A stretch of 30,638 nt of DNA from Paraspadella gotoi. Lineage: Eukaryota > Animalia > Chaetognatha. Each line of letters starts with the position of its first letter. Positions within the stretch are counted from its first letter, which is position 1. The position numbers and the translations under genes were made by a program. The notes beneath the pieces are model-generated. The model was not told the DNA's origin, made no database searches, and worked only from the letters and a program-made list of their open reading frames with translations. The stretch covers positions 1 to 30,638 of the forward strand of contig JBJCIZ010000321.1 of the NCBI GenBank assembly GCA_051294375.1, in the 5' to 3' direction. This document shows, one piece after another, positions 22,051-30,638 of the stretch.

Positions 22051-23095
22051 AGAAATTACTAAAAATCGATTTCGGTACTGACATTTTTTTTCATTTTGAC
22101 TTCATAATACTTATTTTTTATGATATTTTAAAGTATGATAGCTCGTTAGAATCACAAATGGCCATATTTTTTTATTATATCATTTTTCAGTAAGAATTTT
22201 AATATTAAAAGCTTAAAATATTAGCAAAAAATTGACAAATCATAATTTTATTTGTATATTTTTGGAGAAAAAAGGCGATCACAAGTCATGTTTGATTAAA
22301 AAATATTTAAATATGAAATTTAATTTATTATTGGTATATTTTCCTATCAATTAAAACCTTTTATGATAAAATATATCAAAAATTGACTCAAATATTAATA
22401 TTTTTGAATATTTTTTTTATTTTTTAAGCATTTTGTGGAATTGTTTTTGTCAATATCTCAAAAACGAATTATCACAGAGAACCGAGATTAGACTCAAAAG
22501 AAAGATCATAAAATGAGGATTCTTTTGGATGTATAATATTACTAATTATGTTCTTGCTTGATGTTAAATTATTTAAAAATATATATATAAAATTTAACAA
22601 TTTTATACATAGCATTTCATAGTAATTATTGGTTGAAGAAAAATTTAAAATTAGGTTAATTTTGAAGCTAAGCAATTGTATGTTACATTTCTATAGTTTT
22701 TTATTAAATAAGAATTGATTAAGTCTTTCATGTAGTAATTACAAAATGGTTACTATTTTTGTAATAAATTGAGTTATTTTTAATAATAACTTGAGAACGA
22801 ATAATCGTAGGCTTATGAGAGTGAGTTCAAATTAAAGCTCTCTTTCAGTAGATAATGATTGATATAAAGAAAGTAAAATTTGACAAAGAATGACAAAGTT
22901 GTTGATTAGTTTCTCATTATTTTGTATGAAAAATTATAACAAAACTTTAAAATTCAATTAAAAAAAAACTTGCTTGGATCAGAATTTTTCGACTTCACTA
23001 CGATGTAGTAAAAACATTATATTTTTCATTTTTTTGTGTTTCAGAAATGGGTTATTTCTATTTTCTTTTTCGGGGTGTCTAGGGAACCGTGTATA

Positions 23096-23189
23096 AGTGA
23101 ATGCCCGACAATATTGAGGGGGCGGACCGACGGACCGACAAAGTGAATTATAGAGTTGGGATCTGCTGATAAGCAGATCCGACTATAAA
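23096..23189 (-). mobile_element. Helentron-like terminus interrupted by the foldback element
   Basis: 9-bp hairpin ggatctgct-gata-agcagatcc (23159-23180) next to ggaccgacggaccgacaaa. Confidence 0.5.
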
Positions 23190-23323
23190 CCTATGGATTT
23201 TTTTGTCAGAGTTTAGTCCGAGGTATACTATAAAATTTTATAGGTTTCAGAGATGGTACTTTTTTTTTCTTTCTCATCCTCTCTGACAAATCGTGCAATA
23301 ATATTGTCTTTATATTTTTTCAG

Positions 23324-25525
23324 CCATTGACGAGTTATTGGACATCAATATGGATACTTTATTTCCTCTTGGCTCTGTTGGAAAATGCGCACAACAAAAA
23401 AAAAGCATTCAAGCTGACATTTTGCCTGCTCAAAATAAAACTTTTTCTTCTCAACAAATGTTTTGTAAGTACAAAGATTTAGAAGATTTTAAAAAAAGAT
23501 ATTCAGCCAGACTTGAAAGTTTAAAACGAGCTATAGCTGTCTATATGACTGAAGGAGCCACTCCAGTAACTTCCTTTCTTTTAAATGCTGGTAAACCTGG
23601 ATGTGAAACTGATACCATTCAGTACCTCCAGTTAAATGAAAAAAATGATACCAATTTTCCATCATTTGTGAAATTGAAGTCACAAAAGTTTAAAGTTCAA
23701 TTTGAAATGCCTTTTGACATTCCGAATTTGATTGGTAAAGAGCAGACATTCTTTGTCGTATATAAGGCAAATAAATGGTATTCTTCGAGTGATGATTCAG
23801 ACGATTTCCCTCCCGAAAATGGATGTTATATTCCAGAAACGGGTTTCCTTAAAAACCCTATTTGCATTCAGGGAGTGTTGCTAAGCTATGATGGAGCTGG
23901 AATGCTTATAATGGATAAAAAAAGTTTTAGTTTCAATAAAAAAGTTTTAAAAAATTTAGAGGATATGTTTTTAAACTATCCTGTTGCAAAGGTTTTGGAA
24001 ATTTCTTTTTTTAATCTAACATTAAGTAAACAAGGTGAAAGGCCTGGTGCTTTACCATGTAATATTAAATGGGGTAATGCACGTACATTGGACATAACAC
24101 AAAACCATATCTGCATTGATTTCATTGCTGCAACAGATGGAGATATATTTATCATTTTTGCAGTTATTCCAAGACAACATGCAACATGGTATTATGTTCA
24201 AATTAACAAAGAAGGTGTTGCTTTTTACAGGGGGTTGAAACAAAAATATGCAAGGATTGCTCCTGGTATTGGAACACTTGGTGATGCAAAGTTGTTTGAA
24301 AACTATTTTTTTTGCCTATATCATTTACATGATAATGATATTATTCTCCAATACGGAAAATCATCCCCTGAATCTGAAATACGAACTGTTTTTGCTTCAA
24401 AGCGCTTTAATACAGGAGGCGTAAGACAAAAGCTAAGGTTTTACTCATTTGGAACAGGAGAAAAAGCAGTTAATTTTCTTTTCATCCGTGTTAGCCATGA
24501 TAAATTAAATTTACAATGTAGTGCATTGTGGGTCTTCTATGAGGGCATATGTTATCTTAACTGCCACAAAGAATGTAAGTATATTGGAAAATGTAAAAAA
24601 CCTGCAGATCCTTCAGCCTGTTATGAATGTAAAAATTATAGGATCATAAATGGAACTGATAAATACTGTGCTATCACTTGTCCTTCTGGATTTACAATTG
24701 CATCTTATGATATAAAAACATGTATTCCTTGCTCTGCTGGAATGTACAAGATTGGTCCTGGCATTAAAATTTGTAATTCATGTCCTTATGGTGAATTTAG
24801 TTCAAAAAAGGGATCAAAGGAATGCAGACCATGTCAAAAAGGAACTTATTCTAACGTGCTTGGTGGAAAAAAATGCAGCTCATGTCAAAAAGGTCAATTT
24901 TCATCTATGAAAGGTGCTAGACATTGTAATTTCTGCCCACTGGGAATGTATTCTGATTTTGAAGGTTCACCACATTGCAAACCATGCGTTCCTGGAGAAT
25001 ATTCTAGCAAAGTTGGATCAGAAATTTGTATAAAATGCCATTCTGGTACTTATAACCAGAAAAAAGGTTCCAGAAATTGCAAAAGTTGTCCAGTTGGCTA
25101 TGAACAGCCTGAAATTGGTAGCAAAATGTGTAGAAAATGTGATCCAGGACATTTTTCAGAGTCCATGGGTACCCGAGTTTGCAAAAAGTGTCCAAAAGGC
25201 ACATATCAAAAACTTTCTGGCAAAACAAAATGCAATAAATGCCCTGTAACATCAAAATCTCAAATGGAAGGTGCTGTCTCTTGTAGTAGTAATTGTTTGC
25301 CGGGAACCTATAGTCCTAATAACACTGAAATATGCCTTCCATGCAAACCAGGCACCTATCAAAAAGGTGCTGGAGCTTCTGAGTGTCACAATTGCTCTTT
25401 AGGTTATTTTCAACCTCTAGAAAAACAGGAAAGCTGCTTAGCTGCTGAAGCTGGCTCTTACGTTAAAGAAAAAGGAGCAACACAGAGTAATCCTTGCCCA
25501 AGTGGCACAGCAAATGGAAAGATAG
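23324..25525 (+). CDS. Internal exon of a cysteine-rich repeat protein (GCC2/GCC3, ephrin-receptor-like repeats, furin-like region, possible FAMeT-like domain)
   Basis: 731-aa ORF; C-terminal half is a series of ~17-aa CxxCxxG(T/Q)(Y/F) repeats. Acceptor ttttttcag|cc at 23323/4 and donor g|gtaaat at 25525/6, both phase 1, 2202 nt. The ORF has no signal peptide and stops just past the donor. Confidence 0.85.
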
Positions 25526-27884
25526 GTAAATAAATAACTAATCTAAATTTAATACCATCAGGATAAAAGCCTTTCCCCTGCAGGGTCATACCTAGCGTTA
25601 GCCCCTAGGGGTAATCAAAAACTATATACTAGAACCAAATTCCGAAAGTCGATCCAAAACCTTTTTTCATATTATTTTTATATTTTTGGATAGAGAATGA
25701 CTGGAATAATGTAAATCTTAAGTTACGTCTAAATTGGCCAATGGGTTTAGAAGAAATTGACTAGGAGTCTACGTCGTTCTTAGAAATCGAGGAAGACTTT
25801 TTCAATGGAGATTTTCATTAAAATCTGACTACCAAATAATGTCAACACCCCTGGGAAAAATTCAGGTAAAAAATAGATGTAAAAACACTCGATTCCGATC
25901 CTGTTGCATCTGAAGGGCTCGCATTTTTTTCCTCTTGACAAATAACCATCATTTTGACATTAAACCATCAGATTCAAATGGACTGGTCCGCTCGGGAAAA
26001 TATTTTTGATGCAATTTTTATATATAAAATAAAGGGATTTCTCAACTTAAATACAATGTCAACGCATTTAACATATGTTGTGATTTTACAATAAACTTCA
26101 AATTCAGGAATCCGATAGCCATATGTCTGAAGGGCTCTCAAAATTTTTCTTTACATTTTATTTGGTTATTTTAATATGATACGATCATGGGAAAGTGAAT
26201 TAGTCCATTTTGGTGAAATTTTTATTTAAAGTAAAAGTAAAAGAGGAGCTAACGATCGGAATTCTAAGAGTTTTCAACCGGGAGTCAGATTCAGTAAAAA
26301 TCTTCTATGGCAAAAATCTTCCAAAGAAGGGGTGGATTTTCCGAAGATTTTGGTTGATATTTTCTATATTTATGGTAGGATTTTTTTTGAAACTTAATAT
26401 TAACAATATTGCCATCATTCTATATTGGCCGGTATAAGAATATATTAAAAAAACCTCTGGCTTTGTTCGTCAGAGCTTAGTCCTAAATTGACTAAAAACA
26501 ACCAAAATTTCTCTCCCTTTTTTCAACATTCTCGCCTTTTAAGATTTTCGCCGATTCTGACTTCCTCTTCTTAATTCCGCTAGTTAATTTTTTTTTCCTT
26601 TAAGGAGCGAAAGGAATCTACAACTTTCTAATCTTTTATAATTTCTAGGTAAAAAAATACAATACATTACATTAACATTGAAATATTGTTAAAGTGTAAT
26701 GTCTTGTGAAGGCTGTGAAAGTTGAGTAAATAAAAAAATTGCCTATTTTATTATTAAAAACTGACATTTAAGTGAAGAAGTTGAACATCTTCTGGCTCCT
26801 TTCAGTAAACGTCCCTGTTCTCTAAAATAAGATAATGTTTACTTTTTGCTGGTGGAAAGAAAGATAAATACTTAGACTGTGATGGGGTTAATAATATTTT
26901 GTATTATTTAAGTGACAAAAAATTTACATTTTTCTTTATCAAAAAACTTTAAAGTTTTACTAGAGTACAATTAGCTTTTTTTCTTCAGAATCATTAAAAA
27001 GAATTTAATTTTTATTTATTCTTATGGGGTGTCATTAGTTTTAAATTATTATAATTTTGACTTAGATGTGACTGAAGAAAAAGCCGAGACCGACGGAGAC
27101 GCCAGAGTCTGATCCAATCGACCGATTGACCGATCGACGGAAGAGACTGACCGGACTCTTTCTCCACTCTTTCTCTCCCTCTCTCTCTTTCTCTCCCTCT
27201 CTCTCTTTTTCTCTCTCTCTCTCTCCAAACTTTACTTGGACGAGACTAAACAAGACAGATTTAGATTCACTGGATCACTCTAGACTGTCAACTACTTTCT
27301 GTACAAAGTTTTTCTACTACGTTTTTACTGAATTTTCTCTACGATTTATTGAATTTCTCTACGATTATAGATTCTTTCTCCGATTTGATCTCGATTTTGC
27401 CTAGATTTCGTCTCGTTACCTTGATTTATTACATTTATTTACTTTGATTCCCAGCATTTTTTCCTTCCGACATTTTTCGAGCTTCAGTTACACAAACGTA
27501 TTGGGATACTTTCGTCAGATACGTTGCGCACCAGTGGGACCATTCTCCACCTCAGGGCGTTAGGAGAGCCAACTTCTTAATACAGTAAGAAAGTATTACA
27601 TCGCTGCGATAAGGTGATGTGGTTTTTGACTTGTTTTTTGGATTGAACTTAACATTTGTTTTTCCAAGCTTCGACAACGGAACCCTTTGAACCGGAAAAC
27701 ATCATCCAAAAGCGTGAGTTCTGATCGATTGATTGATTGATTGATTAATTGATTGTATTGATTCAGCTAATTGACCGATTGATTATTATTGATTAAGTAG
27801 TGTATTGATTATGATTGCATTAAGCGGGATTTAGTGATTGATTATTCGATGAATTATGATTGATTAATTGTTATTTTTTTGCTT

Positions 27885-27893
27885 TGGTGCCGT
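27885..27893 (+). promoter_or_regulatory. Candidate primer binding site (tRNA-His-like)
   Basis: TGGTGCCGT matches the complement of a tRNA-His 3' end for 9 nt only, and no CA LTR end is immediately upstream. Confidence 0.35.
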
Positions 27894-28117
27894 CCCTCTC
27901 TGTTCCAAAGTCTACTTAGGCAAGATATTTTCCAAATTCACTCATTTTTAACGAAAATTCCTTGCTGATTCAAATTTTGTCTAAAGGAATTTTTTATTTA
28001 CGAATTAAATGTTCGTCGAGGGACTTTGCAATTTGATTATATATTGATTGATTGACTGATTCAAACTTTCCTTTGCTCTCTTTAATTGAAATTCTTTTTC
28101 TTATTTCATATTGAACG

Positions 28118-30625
28118 ATGTCTCTCGCTGAACTCGAGAAAGAATACGCGCGTATCAACATGGATGATTTAACTCCTGAAGGATTGCATGACGTCGTTGG
28201 CACCCTCTGTGGATTAATTGATCGCTATCTTCAAGCCGAAACTCCTGAAGCCATCACTGCTATCAAAGAAATGAAGTTTCTAGTCAATCAAAAGATTGGC
28301 CAAATCAGGATGATTCAAGGTAGCTATCCCCCAGGATCCATCCAACGTGGGATGCTTGATAAAAGCGTCAATATGGCTAACATCACAGTCCGTAAGCGTC
28401 GTAATGTGCCACCTCCTAAGAGAACCGAAATGGATGAAGAGCAAAGAAAGAATGATGATACTGAGACGGCACCGAAAGAAACGCATGATTGATGATTGAT
28501 GGGTACTTTGACGCCATGAATGATGTTCAACAGAATGATGTTTCAGNNNNNNNNNNNNNNNNNNNNNNNNNNNNNNNNNNNNNNNNNNNNNNNNNNNNNN
28601 NNNNNNNNNNNNNNNNNNNNNNNNNNNNNNNNNNNNNNNNNNNNNNNNNNNNNNNNNNNNNNNNNNNNNNNNNNNNNNNNNNNNNNNNNNNNNNNNNNNN
28701 NNNNNNNNNNNNNNNNNNNNNNNNNNNNNNNNNNNNNNNNNNNNNNNNNNNNNNNNNNNNNNNNNNNNNNNNNNNNNNNNNNNNNNNNNNNNNNNNNNNN
28801 NNNNNNNNNNNNNNNNNNNNNNNNNNNNNNNNNNNNNNNNNNNNNNNNNNNNNNNNNNNNNNNNNNTGCTCCAGATGAATGAAATTAAGAACAAGGCTAT
28901 GAAGAATATTGACGAAGAAATTGAAGGAAAAGCTCAATTGTATAATGAGGCTTGTAACGTGCTTGGGACCAACGCTACTACAAGCACCATAAAAAAGGAA
29001 CGCCGGACTTCCTCTACTGAGAATGATGTTTTAAAGAATGAAATGGACGAATTGAGAAGAGCAATAAGGAGTATCAACGAACGTCTATCGACAACGGAAA
29101 CAATCAAAGATAAGGCTATGGTCAAAGTAGAAGATTGCTGCGTCAAACACGAAGAAGACCTGAGAAGGCAAGAGAGAAGAATTCGCAAGCTGGAAAATTC
29201 AGTCCAGGAGCTGATTCAAGAACTGGATAGAGAAAGAAGCAGGCGGGTGAGCTTTGGAGGCACCACAACTCGCGACATTACTCCGAACCCGGCTCCTTCA
29301 ACTCCCAGCCCTGCTACAACCGACTCTACTACTGCTGCACCTTCTCTTGCTCCAACACTGACGACAGCACCTTCTCTCGACGATTCCGTCATGGGACTGT
29401 GGATCAAACAACAAAAAAGGACTCCATGATCAGAACCGTGGAACAGGGAAGGCCCAAAAAGCTCTTCTCTGGTGAGAATGTACCTTCAGGACCTGTATTT
29501 GAAATGCATATGAGAGCGTATGAAAGAGTGATGGAACAGGCCGAGGCTACAGATCAGGTTAAATTACAAGAATTAAATCATTGGTTCACCGGATTAGCTG
29601 AGATGAAGCTTAACAAATTCATTGTGAAGAAAGATCAATATGATGAGAACATCAAGGATGCTTTGGAAACCCTCTGGAAAGAATATGGTAAGAAAAACGC
29701 AAGCATCCATGACATGTTGAAGGAAGTATTGAGCAAGCCAAAACTCACCTCCGGGAACAAAGTGGAACTCGACAAGCTGACTACCGAACTAGAGAACATC
29801 AAGGCCCTGGCTGAGCAAAACGGCAAAGGCAAAGAATTGGACAGGGACACGGTGATCAACGAGATCTTGGAGACCCGCTGCGACTTCTTGAAGACCGACT
29901 TCGCAAAAAAGGACGCCGACCATCAATACGATCATGGAAAAAAGCTGAACTTCGACGACTTCATCGCTTACCTCAAGAAAAGAATCATTTACGAAAAGGG
30001 CGCCTACGCCAAACAAAAGAAGAAGGTCACGGTCGACGTCGCCGCCATCAACGTCAACGAATCTCTTCTGAATTCCAATGGCGGGGGTAAAGCGACGACG
30101 ATCAAGTCTTCAAGGACTACTCAGGGATCACCACCTCCACCCTCTCGTCCATCTCGAAAGGTGAAAGTTGAAGAAACGAACGTTGCTTTGAATCATGTGA
30201 GTGATGTGATGGATAGATGCTGTCCTTGCTGTAATGAATGGCATTATCTAGAGACTTGTTCTACTTTCAAAAAACTTTCAAAGGATGGAAAGATTGATGT
30301 GATGAAACGAAATGGTTTGTGTTTTAGATGTTTGGATAAAAATCATATGGCAAAACAATGCACTGAACCCAAAGAAGCTTGTATGGTTTGTCACGGTTCT
30401 CATCATACTATTATGCATGATGCTACATCCTTTACTCCAAGGCAGGACCCCACGACATATGCTAAAGTGGTAGCATCATCACCGGCTCGAACCCCGAATC
30501 GACCACCACCGAGAAACACCAGCCTCAACATGACGCCACTCACTGCTGCTGTTGCAAGGACGCCACCGTCGCCAAACACTTCGTCGACGCGACCGGCCAC
30601 AGCGCCTCCAGCAATGTCAAGTTGA
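28118..30625 (+). CDS. gag: BEL/Pao Gag (frameshifted near 28490 and 29415; gap at 28547-28866)
   Basis: Coiled-coil N-terminal region; DUF1759-like FSGE...KLQEL...G.A...ALETLWKEYG; triple zinc knuckle CPCCNEWHYLETC / CFRCLDKNHMAKQC / CMVCHGSHHTIMH characteristic of BEL/Pao. Confidence 0.88.
28547..28866. other. Assembly gap (N run) inside gag
   Basis: Ns. Confidence 1.
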
Positions 30626-30638
30626 CTAGCTGCAGCAT

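Larger units (their letters stand above)
20312..23095. mobile_element. Foldback non-autonomous DNA transposon, ~1.2-kb TIRs, Tc1/mariner-like ends
   Basis: TAtacacggttccc...gggaaccgtgtaTA; arms ~20312-21500 and ~21900-23095; no transposase ORF. Confidence 0.8.
27067..30638 (+). mobile_element. BEL/Pao LTR retrotransposon, 5' part
   Basis: Composition switch at TGT (27067), candidate PBS TGGTGCCGT (27885-27893), BEL-type gag. LTR boundaries cannot be verified without the 3' LTR. Confidence 0.8.

Noticed and set aside
29408-29429. Programmed -1 frameshift within gag
   Set aside because: The A6 run is not in the X XXY YYZ register; one extra A restores the frame, consistent with a homopolymer error or mutation.

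Overview
AT-rich eukaryotic (probably animal) draft scaffold with four N-gaps, made almost entirely of nested repeats. Coding content: one 2.2-kb exon encoding a cysteine-rich repeat (GCC2/GCC3, ephrin-receptor-like) extracellular-type protein (23324-25525, +), an indel-riddled mirror copy of it (11004-13240, -), and the 5' end and gag of a BEL/Pao LTR retrotransposon (27067-end). The centre is arranged A-gap-B'-A-B: a ~3.2-kb direct repeat plus a ~6.8-kb inverted repeat. This is most likely a long-read gap-filling artefact (25-N gaps, error gradient). Apparently real elements include two hAT-type MITEs with 8-bp TSDs, a 2.7-kb foldback element with 1.2-kb TIRs, Helentron/DINE-like (GTCC)n elements, and 71-bp and 70-bp tandem repeats. 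The top finding is two sequence-distinct tRNA-headed SINE-like elements (4130-4334 -, 21576-21855 +, mirror 14655-14934 -). Each carries, directly after the tRNA-like head, a circularly permuted twister-ribozyme-like fold with covarying helices and a 6-nt palindrome in place of P1. All structure calls are manual and untested computationally.
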